A stretch of DNA of 64,000 nt from Bacteroidota bacterium (GTDB lineage Bacteria; Bacteroidota; Bacteroidia; Chitinophagales; Chitinophagaceae). Positions 16,482 to 26,927 of the stretch are shown here, in pieces. Each line of letters begins with the position of its first letter. Within the stretch, counting starts at the first letter, position 1. Location: positions 65 to 64,064 of the forward strand of contig JAEZDR010000064.1 of the NCBI GenBank assembly GCA_023433265.1. Reading direction: 5' to 3'. The notes beneath the pieces are model-generated. The model was not told where the DNA came from. It ran no database searches and saw only the letters and a program-made list of their open reading frames with translations. The position numbers and the translations under genes were made by a program.

Positions 16482-19400
16482 ATGAGAAACTTTTACTGTG
16501 TCTTTTTCAGCTTTTTATTGCTGATTGCCGGGCGATCGAACGCTCAAACGACCACTCCCATTGGGACGGGAACCGTAGGAAATACGGGAACGACTTACCC
16601 TGCCGCCTTGCAGGACTATTATGAAGGTGCGAGGGGGCAATTTCTTTACCTGGCCAGCGAGCTATCGACTGCGGGTATGATTGCCGGGCCTATTTCGTCC
16701 ATTTCCTTCAATGTTACGAACCTGAATACCTATTCAGGTACGATCCAGGAATTCACCATCAAGATTGGCGGAACCGCGGTGACTACATTGGGAACGACGA
16801 CCACATCGTGGGAAACTGTGAGTAACACGGTATATGGCCCTGTTGATTACACAGTAACTGCGGGTGTTAACACCTTCGTGTTTTCGACCCCGTTTGTATG
16901 GAACGGGACGGATAACATTGTAATTGAGATTTGCAATGGTTTACCGGCGAATACCAGTGATGGGCTGATACACTATACCCAAAATCCGACGATTCCATGG
17001 ACTACCGGTTTATCGTTCAACGGCTCGCATATGACTGTGATAGATAATGCCGGAAACCTTTGTAACAGCACTGCCGCCAGTTCACTTACCGTAACTCAGA
17101 CTACCCGTCCTAACATTAGCTTTACCTGGGTACCCGCTACTGCTTGTACAGGTAGCCCTGAAGCAGGCAGCGTGGTAGCCCCTTCTACGGCTTGTGCGAA
17201 TACAAACCTGAGCCTAAGCCTTAGCGGCAATACACAGGCATCGGGACTCAACTACCAGTGGCAATACTCTACGGATAATAGTAACTGGACCAATTTAACC
17301 GGCGCTACCACACCTACAGTAATGATTACTCATCCGAGTACGCGCTACTACAGGGCTTATGTGGTGTGTACGTCTTCTACCCTTTCTGATACTACTGCTT
17401 CAACACTTGTTTCCTCCCCCGCACTGGTTCAGGGTACATTTACTGTAAACAGTACAGTTGCTACCGGTGGCAGTAATTTTCAAAGTTTCGCGGATGCTAT
17501 TAATTATATCAAATGTGGCATTAACGGACCTGTAGTATTCAATGTAGCTCCCGGAACGGCATACGATGAAAAGATTGTAATTCCGAACATCGGCGGCGCT
17601 TCTTTAACCAACAGCATTACTATAAATGGTAATGGCGCCATCATCACATTGAACTCAACGACGCTCGCAACAGCGATTACACTTGACGGATCGAAGTTTG
17701 TGACGATAGATAGCCTGACAATAGATGCTGCAACGAGCACGAACGCATGGGGTATCTTACTTACCAACCAGGCGGACAGCAACGTAATAAAAAGCTGTAC
17801 CATTAACCTGAATACCACCCTTACTACAACTGCGGCAATGGGTATCATCTCCAGTGGTTCGGCTGCTTCAGCAACAACCCAAGGGAATAACGCTAATGGT
17901 AATCTCATTGAAAACAACGTAATCAACGGTGGTTATTACGGTATTTCGATGTATGGCAGCACAACTACTTACAATAAGAACAACGTTGTAAGAAATAATA
18001 CCATCAACGACTTTTACTACTATAGTATTTATTCTTACGGCCAGCAGGACAATATCATTAGCAGTAATGAGATAAGCCGTACCACAAGGACTACAGTATC
18101 CAGCTACAACGTTTATCTTTCTTCCAACAACGGTGGCATCCTGTTCGAGAAAAACAAAATACACAATGTTTTTGGCGGAGGAACAGCGCCTACTACGTTC
18201 TATAATATCTATATAGCTTCTGCATCGAATGTTGCAAACCCATCGAGGGTGCAAAACAATCTCGTTTATGACATTTCAGGAAACGGAGCAATATATGGTG
18301 TGTATGCACTTGGATATGCTAACTGGAACTTCTATCATAATACAATTGTGCTGGACGACGGAAGTGCGACGGGTGGAACAACCTACGGCATGTACGTTTA
18401 TGGTACAAACGTGAACGTTAAAAATAACATTGTATATATAACCCGTGGTGGTAGCGGCACTAAATACTGCCTTTACTATGCAACTACCGGCGTTACTGCA
18501 AGTAACAGGAACGTTTTATATATGGGATCGACCTCAGGAACAAATGGCATTGGCTACCTGGGTTCCGGAAAGACTACCCTGAGCGATTGGAAAACAACCA
18601 ATAACGACCTAAATAGTGTGGATGTAGATCCATTGTTTGCAGGTGGCGGAGATTATACTCCAAGCGAGGTTGCCATTAACAATCTTGGCGAATCAGGCTT
18701 AGGCGTGACTGAAGATATCAATGGCGTTACAAGGGCATCAAGTCCAGACCCAGGTGCATATGAGTTTGCGCCAGCAGGAACCGATGCAAGCCTTACATGG
18801 GTATCGCCTGTAACACCTACAAGCAAAGGATTAAAAACAATTACTGTAGCGCTAAACAATAATTCAGCTTCCGGCAACCTTACTTCCGCGAACCTGAGCT
18901 ACACTGATGGCAGCACGGTAATCACGCAAAACTTTACCGGCCTTTCAATTGCCCCGGGAGCTTCTCAAAACCTTTCTTTCACAACCCAGTATGATGCACA
19001 GAGCTATATTAAACTCACGGCTTACATTAATCTTGTGAACGGAAGCCTTGACCTGACACAGTTAAACGATACGACAACGCAAACACTCTGCTTTGCGCTA
19101 AAAGGCAACTATACAATTAACCAAACTGCACCAGCAAGTGCAACCAACTTCACAGGGTTTAGCACTGTGATTCAAGCGTTGAACTGTGCGGGGATTGATA
19201 GTTCAGTTGTGTTTACGGTTGCTCCGGGTTCGGGCCCGTACTACGGACCGATTGTATTAGATAGCATTAAAGGCGCTACCAAAGACAGAAAAGTTACCTT
19301 CTATGGCAGTGGCGAAAAGATTGAATACAACACCAGCAATTCTACTGCAAGAACCGGTTTGATTTTGAACGGTGCAGACCACGTTATTATTGACAGCTTC

Positions 19401-22400
19401 CTTATTGATGTTTCTGCAGGCACTTACGGATGGGGTATTGTTTTACTTAACCGTGCAGACAGTAATATCATCAGGAATTGTACGATAACAACCAACGCCA
19501 CCTCTACATCAACAAACTATGCGGGTATCGTTCTAAACGGTTCTGCCTCATCCACCGGCACGAGTGGTAATAACGCCAACGGGAACGTGATTGAGATGAA
19601 TACAATTACGGGTGGATATTATGGTGTTTACCTGTATGGAAGCACTACCCCGTATAACCTGAATAACATAGTACGCAACAACATCATTAACGATGTTTAC
19701 TACTACAGTGTTTATACATATGGACAGCAAGACAACCTCATCAGCGGTAATGATATATCCAGGCCAACGAGAACTGCTGTTTCCTCTTACAACCTGTATG
19801 TTTCCACGAACAATGGTGGCATTGTGATGGAGAAAAACAAAGTACATGATATGTTCCCGATGGTAACTGCCGCTACTGTGCTTTACAATATTTACATAGG
19901 AGCGTCGGGTGTGGCAGCAAACCCGAACAGGGTGGAGAACAACCTTATGTACAACATAAGTGGAAACGGTACCATCTACGGTATTTACATGGCTTCGTAC
20001 AACTATACCAATATTTACCATAATACATTGGTGATGGACGATCAGTCTGCCACTGGCGGAACTACTTATGGTATTTATGCATATGGCGCGACTGCCGTAA
20101 ATGTGAAGAACAACATTGTTTACATTACCAGAGGTGGCACAGGCACCAAGTATTGCCTGTACTACAGCTCAACCGGCGTAACATCATCCAACAACAACGT
20201 ACTGTACATGAACGCCCCTGCAGGAACAAACCATATAGGTTACCTGAGTTCGGCGCGTACAACGCTAGCTGATTGGCAGGTAACGGGCCATGATGCAAAC
20301 AGTAAGAGTATTGATCCAGTGTTTGTTGGCTCAGGCGATTACACCCCTACAGAAGTAAACATCAACAACATGGGAGCTTCCGGGCTTGGTGTGACGACTG
20401 ATATCACAGGTGCAGTAAGAGGAGCATCACCGGATCCAGGTGCATATGAATTTACAGTAGTAGGCACTGACGGTTCGTTAAGCTGGGTAGCACCGGGTAT
20501 GCCTGCTGTACAAGGATTGCAGACTGTAACCGTTAAAATAACAAACAACTCTGCATCAGGCAACATCACTTCGGCAAACATTACCTATACAGACGGCACG
20601 ATCGTTCAAACACAAAACTTTACAGGATTGAATATTGCGCCGGGTGCGAACCAGGATGTTTCGTTCACTACGCAATACAACGTGGCTTATAATGTAAGGC
20701 TGACTGCCTTCCTTAACACCGTTAACGGATCGCCAGACCTTAGCCAACTTAACGACACAACTTCTCAGTATTTATGTTTCAGCTTGAAAGGCGTTTATAC
20801 CATCAACCAGGGTGCGGCTGCAAGTGCGACAAACTTTGCCAGCTTTGGTGATGCCTTTGCGGCATTGACATGCGGTGGAGTAGATAGCGCTGTCGTATTG
20901 AATGTTGTGCCAGGTTCAGGACCTTATTACGAATCGGCAACATTGGGACAGATTGCAAATACCTCAGCGAGCTATACTGTAACCATTAATGGTAATGGCG
21001 AAACAGTAGCCCATAGCACATCGGACGGCGCTGCGCGAACTGCTATTGTGTTGAACGGAGCTGATTTCGTGATCATTGACAGTTTGAATATTGACCTTTC
21101 GACAGGAACGTACGGATGGGGTATTGTGTTGATGAATGGAGCGAATGATAACATCATCCGTAATTGTACCATCCTTAATAACACGAGTGAGTCAACTACA
21201 AACTTCTCGGGTATAGTTATCAATGGATCTGCTTCAGGTACTGCTGTTTCCGGCAATAACGGTAACAGGAACCTGATACATAATAATACCATTACGGGTG
21301 GATACTACGGAATCTATCTTTATGGTGCTTCTGCTACGCCGAACAAGCAAAACATAGTAAGGGATAACACCATTACAGATTTCTATGCTTATGGTATTTA
21401 TACTCTTTACCAGGATAGCAGCACCTATAGCAAGAACGATATGGCTCGCCCAACGCGTACTGCTTCCGGAACGGTGTATGGTATTTATGGTTCGTCATGT
21501 ACTAACCTGCTGGTTGAGAAAAATAAGGTGCATAACCTCTATGATGCACATCCAACGAGCACATCGGCAACCTATCCTATTTACCTGCCATCAACCGGAA
21601 TCTCTGCGGCTCAACCTAACAGGGTTGAAAACAACCTGATATATGAAGTAAATGGTGGTAGCGGGACGATATATGGTATTTACATTGCAGGGTATAATAA
21701 CTGGAGTATCTATCACAACACTGTGGTTTTAGACTACGCTGCTGCAACTGCGGGAACCACCTACGGATTGTACACCTACGGAACCGCGATGAACATTAAG
21801 AACAACATCGTATACGTAACGAGAGGTGGTACGGGAACAAAATACTGCCTGTATTATTCAACAACGGGTGTTGCCAGCTCGAACAGGAACGTGTTATACA
21901 TGGGATCTACTTCCGGCACTAACGGAATTGGATACTACAGCAGTGGCAAGACGACGTTGACTGACTGGAAGACTACGAACTATGATTTAAACAGCAGTGA
22001 TGCTGATCCATCATTCCCCGGTGCAGGCGATTACAAGCCTACCGAGCAGCTTATCAATAATATGGCTGAAGCGGGACTAGTATTAACAGACATTGCTGAC
22101 GTAGTACGCTCTACGAGCCCTGACCCAGGCGCTTACGAGTTTTCGGTTCTGACACCTGGATTGAACATGTCGGCCGACGGACTGGTTGCTCCTGCTGCAT
22201 CAGGCAACAATTGTTATGCTGCTACAGAAGCCGTAACCATTAAGATCGTTAACCTAAGCGAGTCGACTATTGATTTTGCTGTGAACCCGGTTACCGTTAC
22301 CGTAAACGTAACAGGCGCCGTAACACAGACATTGACAAAAGTTCTGATTTCCGGTACACTTGCTTCTGATTCAAGCATGAATGTTACGATGGATGTGCCA

Positions 22401-24059
22401 CTGAACATGCTTACAGCGGGTACTTATACGTTTGATGCATCAACCTCTGTAACAGGGGATGCTAACCCATCGAATGATGCGATGCCAACGGTAACAAGAA
22501 CCAAGACAGCCTTGGCCGCTGGTACCGTAGCAGCAACTCCTGGTGAACTTTGCGCTTATAGTCCATTGGTTCCAACGTTGTCATCTACGGGCACAACGGG
22601 ATATAGCGACCTGCAATGGCAGCAAAGTGCAAATACTACTTCCGGCTTTACAAACATATCCGGAGCAACAACCAATCCGTTCGTACTTGGGTCAGCTCCA
22701 ACACAGGCTATGTATTACAGATTAGTAGCTAGTTGTTCGGGCAACGGAGATACTTCTTCAGTATTTGCTTTGAGCTATAATAACCCGATGGTTACTTCTA
22801 CCACACCGGATACAACATGCGGTACAGGAAGTGTAACGTTACAAGCAACAGCTAACGCAGGCGCTACCCTTAACTGGTATGAAACAGCAACAGGCGGTAC
22901 AGCGATTGCAACCGGCAACAGCTTTACAACACCTTCCATCACCACTACAACCAAGTATTATGTATCTGCCTCACTTGGAGGTGGAACGGGATCGGCAGGT
23001 TTGCAGAATGCCATTTCAACTACCGGTTATACGCAGGAAGCGGGATTGATCTTCGATGCGCTTAGCACGTTTACTTTAATGGGTGTTAACGTGTACCCGA
23101 TGGGTTCAGGTTCCGGCACGGTAACTATTAATGTTGAGAATACAAGTAATGTTGTTATACACACTACCACCGTTACGCTAACGGGAACAGGTGCTCCATA
23201 TGTGAAAACATATGTTCCGCTTAACTGGGTAATTCCAGCCGGCACGAATTATAAGATCAACATGCTTACTCCAACAGGATCCGTTACCGGCCTGGTGAGA
23301 GAATCGGGTGCTTCATGGGGAAGTTACCCTCTAACTACAGCAGGTGTGATTAGCATCACAAATGGTAAATGCTGTCCTGATGCAGCAAGCGCTTCCTACT
23401 ACTACTTCTATGATTGGCTGGTTTCGACCGCATGTGAAAGCGGACGTGATACGGTAGAGGCATTTGTAGATTACACACCGGGATGTTCAACCGTACCTGT
23501 TACGATGCTTAGCTTACAAGGTGACAAACAAGGCAGTGTAAACAACCTTTCATGGAGCACAGTAAGCGAAGCGCACAACAGTGGTTTTGAAATTCAACGT
23601 AGTGTGGATGGACAACAGTTCAGCAAGCTTGCATTTGTAAATTCTAAAGGTGAAAACGGCAACAGCAGTTCATTGTTAACTTACAGTTACCAGGATGCCA
23701 AGCCATTAGCAACTACGAATTACTACAGGTTAAAGCAAATAAATAAAGACGGATCTTATCGCTTCTCAAACGTTATTTCTATTAAAGGAAATGATGCGAC
23801 AAGAATTGAGTTTACGAGCGTATATCCTAACCCGGTTATCAATAGCCTTAACGTTGTACTGACAGCTCCTTCTGCTGATAACGTAACACTGGTTATAACT
23901 GACATCATGGGTAAGGTAGTATTGCGTGAAGCAAGAACTCTCAAAGCAGGATCCAACCTGTTTAACCTAAACGTAAACAGCCTTGCCCAAGGAACATACA
24001 TTATAAAAGCTGTATGTTCTAAAGGATGCGAAGGAACTGTTACGAAGTTTGTGAAATAG
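16482..24059 (+). CDS. Giant T9SS-secreted surface protein (2525 aa) with three right-handed beta-helix modules, Ig-like domains and a type A C-terminal sorting domain
   Basis: It has a signal peptide (FFSFLLLIAGRSNAQ). It contains three repeated modules rich in NNxIxxN beta-helix rungs. YQWQxS...YYR Ig-like domains occur twice. The C-terminus is VYPNPVINSLNVVLT...GTYIIKAVCSKGCEGTVTKFVK. Confidence 0.85.
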   Translation: MRNFYCVFFSFLLLIAGRSNAQTTTPIGTGTVGNTGTTYPAALQDYYEGARGQFLYLASELSTAGMIAGPISSISFNVTNLNTYSGTIQEFTIKIGGTAVTTLGTTTTSWETVSNTVYGPVDYTVTAGVNTFVFSTPFVWNGTDNIVIEICNGLPANTSDGLIHYTQNPTIPWTTGLSFNGSHMTVIDNAGNLCNSTAASSLTVTQTTRPNISFTWVPATACTGSPEAGSVVAPSTACANTNLSLSLSGNTQASGLNYQWQYSTDNSNWTNLTGATTPTVMITHPSTRYYRAYVVCTSSTLSDTTASTLVSSPALVQGTFTVNSTVATGGSNFQSFADAINYIKCGINGPVVFNVAPGTAYDEKIVIPNIGGASLTNSITINGNGAIITLNSTTLATAITLDGSKFVTIDSLTIDAATSTNAWGILLTNQADSNVIKSCTINLNTTLTTTAAMGIISSGSAASATTQGNNANGNLIENNVINGGYYGISMYGSTTTYNKNNVVRNNTINDFYYYSIYSYGQQDNIISSNEISRTTRTTVSSYNVYLSSNNGGILFEKNKIHNVFGGGTAPTTFYNIYIASASNVANPSRVQNNLVYDISGNGAIYGVYALGYANWNFYHNTIVLDDGSATGGTTYGMYVYGTNVNVKNNIVYITRGGSGTKYCLYYATTGVTASNRNVLYMGSTSGTNGIGYLGSGKTTLSDWKTTNNDLNSVDVDPLFAGGGDYTPSEVAINNLGESGLGVTEDINGVTRASSPDPGAYEFAPAGTDASLTWVSPVTPTSKGLKTITVALNNNSASGNLTSANLSYTDGSTVITQNFTGLSIAPGASQNLSFTTQYDAQSYIKLTAYINLVNGSLDLTQLNDTTTQTLCFALKGNYTINQTAPASATNFTGFSTVIQALNCAGIDSSVVFTVAPGSGPYYGPIVLDSIKGATKDRKVTFYGSGEKIEYNTSNSTARTGLILNGADHVIIDSFLIDVSAGTYGWGIVLLNRADSNIIRNCTITTNATSTSTNYAGIVLNGSASSTGTSGNNANGNVIEMNTITGGYYGVYLYGSTTPYNLNNIVRNNIINDVYYYSVYTYGQQDNLISGNDISRPTRTAVSSYNLYVSTNNGGIVMEKNKVHDMFPMVTAATVLYNIYIGASGVAANPNRVENNLMYNISGNGTIYGIYMASYNYTNIYHNTLVMDDQSATGGTTYGIYAYGATAVNVKNNIVYITRGGTGTKYCLYYSSTGVTSSNNNVLYMNAPAGTNHIGYLSSARTTLADWQVTGHDANSKSIDPVFVGSGDYTPTEVNINNMGASGLGVTTDITGAVRGASPDPGAYEFTVVGTDGSLSWVAPGMPAVQGLQTVTVKITNNSASGNITSANITYTDGTIVQTQNFTGLNIAPGANQDVSFTTQYNVAYNVRLTAFLNTVNGSPDLSQLNDTTSQYLCFSLKGVYTINQGAAASATNFASFGDAFAALTCGGVDSAVVLNVVPGSGPYYESATLGQIANTSASYTVTINGNGETVAHSTSDGAARTAIVLNGADFVIIDSLNIDLSTGTYGWGIVLMNGANDNIIRNCTILNNTSESTTNFSGIVINGSASGTAVSGNNGNRNLIHNNTITGGYYGIYLYGASATPNKQNIVRDNTITDFYAYGIYTLYQDSSTYSKNDMARPTRTASGTVYGIYGSSCTNLLVEKNKVHNLYDAHPTSTSATYPIYLPSTGISAAQPNRVENNLIYEVNGGSGTIYGIYIAGYNNWSIYHNTVVLDYAAATAGTTYGLYTYGTAMNIKNNIVYVTRGGTGTKYCLYYSTTGVASSNRNVLYMGSTSGTNGIGYYSSGKTTLTDWKTTNYDLNSSDADPSFPGAGDYKPTEQLINNMAEAGLVLTDIADVVRSTSPDPGAYEFSVLTPGLNMSADGLVAPAASGNNCYAATEAVTIKIVNLSESTIDFAVNPVTVTVNVTGAVTQTLTKVLISGTLASDSSMNVTMDVPLNMLTAGTYTFDASTSVTGDANPSNDAMPTVTRTKTALAAGTVAATPGELCAYSPLVPTLSSTGTTGYSDLQWQQSANTTSGFTNISGATTNPFVLGSAPTQAMYYRLVASCSGNGDTSSVFALSYNNPMVTSTTPDTTCGTGSVTLQATANAGATLNWYETATGGTAIATGNSFTTPSITTTTKYYVSASLGGGTGSAGLQNAISTTGYTQEAGLIFDALSTFTLMGVNVYPMGSGSGTVTINVENTSNVVIHTTTVTLTGTGAPYVKTYVPLNWVIPAGTNYKINMLTPTGSVTGLVRESGASWGSYPLTTAGVISITNGKCCPDAASASYYYFYDWLVSTACESGRDTVEAFVDYTPGCSTVPVTMLSLQGDKQGSVNNLSWSTVSEAHNSGFEIQRSVDGQQFSKLAFVNSKGENGNSSSLLTYSYQDAKPLATTNYYRLKQINKDGSYRFSNVISIKGNDATRIEFTSVYPNPVINSLNVVLTAPSADNVTLVITDIMGKVVLREARTLKAGSNLFNLNVNSLAQGTYIIKAVCSKGCEGTVTKFVK
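17430..22500 (+). repeat. Intragenic tandem triplication (~1.69-kb, ~560-aa beta-helix plus CARDB-like module, three copies)
   Basis: The landmark PDPGAYEF is encoded at about 18744, 20429 and 22118 (spacings of 1685 and 1689 nt). Module openings (F/Y)T(V/I)N...ATNF lie at about 17437, 19108 and 20793. Confidence 0.85.
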
Positions 24060-24080
24060 CAAGCAATGCAATCATGAAAA

Positions 24081-24107
24081 GGCCGGAATTATTCCGGCCT
24101 TTTTTTA
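24081..24107. terminator. Bidirectional intrinsic terminator between the giant gene and the convergent ROK kinase gene
   Basis: The hairpin GGCCGGAAT-T-ATTCCGGCC is flanked by an A-run and T7. Confidence 0.8.
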
Positions 24108-24127
24108 TAATGTTTAGCGGAGAAAAA

Positions 24128-25099
24128 TTATTTCATCTCCCAAACAAGCGCGCTGGCTCCGAGTATGGCTGCATCGCTTTCTTTGAGTTCGCTGAAAATT
24201 AGTTGTATCTTATTGCGGAAGATGGGTAAGAGGTTTTCTTCCATGTGTTCGCGGGTGGGATTCATAATTAAGTCGCCTGCGGCTGCCAATCCGCCGAACA
24301 GTACGATAGCCTGCGGTGAGGAAAACATGATAAAGTTGGCGAGAGCCCGTCCCAATATTTCGCCGGTAAAACGAAAGACCTCAATTGCAACTTCGTCACC
24401 TTTTATGGCGCAATCATAAACAACTTTGGAGGTAAGTGCATCGGGACTGTAATTATGCAACAGGCTTTTTCCCGTCGTGTCTCTTGATAAACCTTCTATT
24501 GCCGTTAAGCGGACACCTGTGGCACTGCAATAAGCTTCGAGAGAGCCTTTGAGGCTGGTGCCCCAATGCGGCCTTCCATTAGGAAACACGATGGTATGAC
24601 CTAACTCGCCAGCAAATCCATCGTGTCCGTAAATTAACTGTCCATTTGCTACGATTCCACTGCCAACCCCGGTCCCGAGCGTTATCATAATAAAGTCGCG
24701 CATGCCCCTGGCTGCACCATACATCATTTCGCCAACGGCTGCTGCATTTGCATCATTGGTTAAAGCAGCTGGCAAATTGAAACGCCTGGTAACTATCTCA
24801 GCAAACGGAATAACGCCTTTCCATTCAAGGTTGGGTGCAAACTCAATGGTTCCTTTATAGTAATTACCGTTGGGCGCCCCTATTCCGATACCCTTGATAT
24901 TTTTATGACCTGCTTTAGCAATAATGGGTGAAAGAGACTTAAACAAGTCATCAATAAAGGTTTCGGGGGTGGCGTGGCCCCTGGTGGGCATGTCGCCCTG
25001 TTCGAAGATATTACCGCGGTGGTCAACAATGCCGTATTTGGTGTTTGTACCTCCGATATCGATACCTATAGCAAATTGCTGGTTAGCAGAAACATTCAT
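24128..25099 (-). CDS. ROK-family sugar kinase (glucokinase-like)
   Basis: The motifs are IGIDIGGTNTKYGIV, ALTNDANAAAVGE and GTGVGSGIV...GELGHT. Confidence 0.8.
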   Translation of the reverse strand: MNVSANQQFAIGIDIGGTNTKYGIVDHRGNIFEQGDMPTRGHATPETFIDDLFKSLSPIIAKAGHKNIKGIGIGAPNGNYYKGTIEFAPNLEWKGVIPFAEIVTRRFNLPAALTNDANAAAVGEMMYGAARGMRDFIMITLGTGVGSGIVANGQLIYGHDGFAGELGHTIVFPNGRPHWGTSLKGSLEAYCSATGVRLTAIEGLSRDTTGKSLLHNYSPDALTSKVVYDCAIKGDEVAIEVFRFTGEILGRALANFIMFSSPQAIVLFGGLAAAGDLIMNPTREHMEENLLPIFRNKIQLIFSELKESDAAILGASALVWEMK

Positions 25100-25111
25100 A
25101 CGATTGGGTTT

Positions 25112-26794
25112 TTAATGTGAGCCGGCAGTGCTTCTCTCAAAATCAATACCTTGTTTTCGCAGGCTACCTCTTACGTACCATGCAAAGAAGGCAAGGTAGG
25201 CGAAACATAAAACGGGGACCCAATAACTTTGGTGAATGCCATAGCCTGCTATGCCTGTGCGGCTTTGCATGAAGTCGGCGAGTTTACCCTGGATAGGTGG
25301 AATGATGCCTCCTCCCAATATCATCATTATTAAAAATGCAGAACCTTGCGTGGTGTATTTTCCTAACCCGGCCACACTAAGGTGAAATATTGCAGGCCAC
25401 ATGATACTGCAAAACAGTCCGCCGCTCATAAAAGCATACACTGCTACCATGCCGGTTGAGTTGATACCGACGAGCATGGCTAGCATTCCCAGTAGAGCGT
25501 ATAGGAGCAAAGTGCGCGAAGGTTTATCGTTACTGAGAAAAAAAGCTATGATTTGAATGATGACAAGGAAGACATAATACACAAGGGGCCGGTAATCGTA
25601 TTGAGATAAGGCAATTACACCAATGACAATTCCGAAAGCAACCAACGGGACAATGAATGTAAGCAGCTTACGAGTGGTATCTTTAAATTCAAACACTGCG
25701 AGTGATGCCGTCCACCTGCCTATCATTAAACTTCCCCAATACAGGGCAACGAAAGGCGCTACCTGTGATGATTGGAAACCTCCAAACATTTCCTGCTTCA
25801 ATAGCTCGCCTAAATTGCTTACAACAGTAACCTCCACCCCTACATATACGAAAATGCCGAGCATACCCAATACCAACTGGGGGTATTTCATGGCACCCCA
25901 GCCATTTGGGTTAGAAGCTGCGCTGCGGTTAGCAATCAATAAGCTGAACACGACTACAGCAAGCGCACCGAACAACCACTTCATACGATAGGTTTCGAGG
26001 TTGTGTAAGGTTTCGCCAGTGGCATCGGCCAGGCCTCCCCGGTAGCTATTGAATACAGGTACAAACATAACCACCAACAACACCGTCATTATTATAAGCA
26101 TGTATAAAGCCTTACCAGCCCTCTCTGTTTTTTCGATAGTAACTCCTGAAGGGACCTTTTTGGAGAAATGAAAAAGTGCGGCTGCGGCAATAAACAGGGC
26201 ACCTACTGCAGCATAGAGTACGATGACCTTATCGAGGCTTAAACCCTGTATTTTTTCATCGGTAATGGCTGCTGTGGTACCAAACAGTGCAAAGGCGACC
26301 ACAAGCGGACCGATTAAAGTTCCAAAGGAATTGATGCCCCCTCCGAGGTTTACGCGGCTAGCCCCGGTAGAAGGGTCACCTAACATGATTGCGAAAGGCT
26401 GGGCGGCCGTTTGCTGAAGAGAAAACCCAAGTGCAACAACGAATAAGCCTGCAAGCATACCATTGAAAGTATTGCCTTGTACTGCGACGATCATTGCCAA
26501 GGCCCCCAATGCAGAAAACAACAGACCGTATACGATGCTTTTTTTATATCCCCATTTACCAACAAGATCCATTCCTCCAAAGGCACCGTAGGCGAATAAA
26601 CCCAAAGCGCCAATGTAATAGGCTAGATAGAAGGCAAAATCAATGAGCTGGCTTTGAAACTGGTCGAGGTGAAAGTAGTGTTTACAAAAAGGAATAAAGA
26701 CACTGTTGCCTGCTGCTATAAACCCCCAGAAAAAGAAAACAGTAACCAGCGTAGTTAATGCGCCCTTATTGGTGGGTTGCAATGGTTTACTCAT
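25112..26794 (-). CDS. MFS sugar transporter (FucP/GluP glucose-galactose family)
   Basis: The N-terminal pattern is VTVFFFWGFIAAGNSVFIPFCKHYFHLDQFQSQLIDFAFYLAYY. The start was moved to the ATG at 26794 (MSKPLQ...) inside ORF 25112..26833. It is polytopic. Confidence 0.75.
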   Translation of the reverse strand: MSKPLQPTNKGALTTLVTVFFFWGFIAAGNSVFIPFCKHYFHLDQFQSQLIDFAFYLAYYIGALGLFAYGAFGGMDLVGKWGYKKSIVYGLLFSALGALAMIVAVQGNTFNGMLAGLFVVALGFSLQQTAAQPFAIMLGDPSTGASRVNLGGGINSFGTLIGPLVVAFALFGTTAAITDEKIQGLSLDKVIVLYAAVGALFIAAAALFHFSKKVPSGVTIEKTERAGKALYMLIIMTVLLVVMFVPVFNSYRGGLADATGETLHNLETYRMKWLFGALAVVVFSLLIANRSAASNPNGWGAMKYPQLVLGMLGIFVYVGVEVTVVSNLGELLKQEMFGGFQSSQVAPFVALYWGSLMIGRWTASLAVFEFKDTTRKLLTFIVPLVAFGIVIGVIALSQYDYRPLVYYVFLVIIQIIAFFLSNDKPSRTLLLYALLGMLAMLVGINSTGMVAVYAFMSGGLFCSIMWPAIFHLSVAGLGKYTTQGSAFLIMMILGGGIIPPIQGKLADFMQSRTGIAGYGIHQSYWVPVLCFAYLAFFAWYVRGSLRKQGIDFERSTAGSH

Positions 26795-26927
26795 ATAGTG
26801 ATACGAAAAGTTTTGAGCACTGAAAGTAAACAATGCAAAGAAAACATTGTGTTTTTACCCCGTATTTATGCCACTGGGAAGTATTACCGTATCAATAGTA
26901 ACGCCTACAAGCTACAACACGCAGGCC

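Noticed and set aside
17504-23245. Many 60-157-aa minus-strand ORFs inside the giant gene (for example 17504..17926, 17868..18254, 19548..20021, 20972..21292)
   Set aside because: They are shadow frames of a repeat-rich, compositionally biased 7.6-kb ORF. They recur at the module period, as expected for antisense artefacts.
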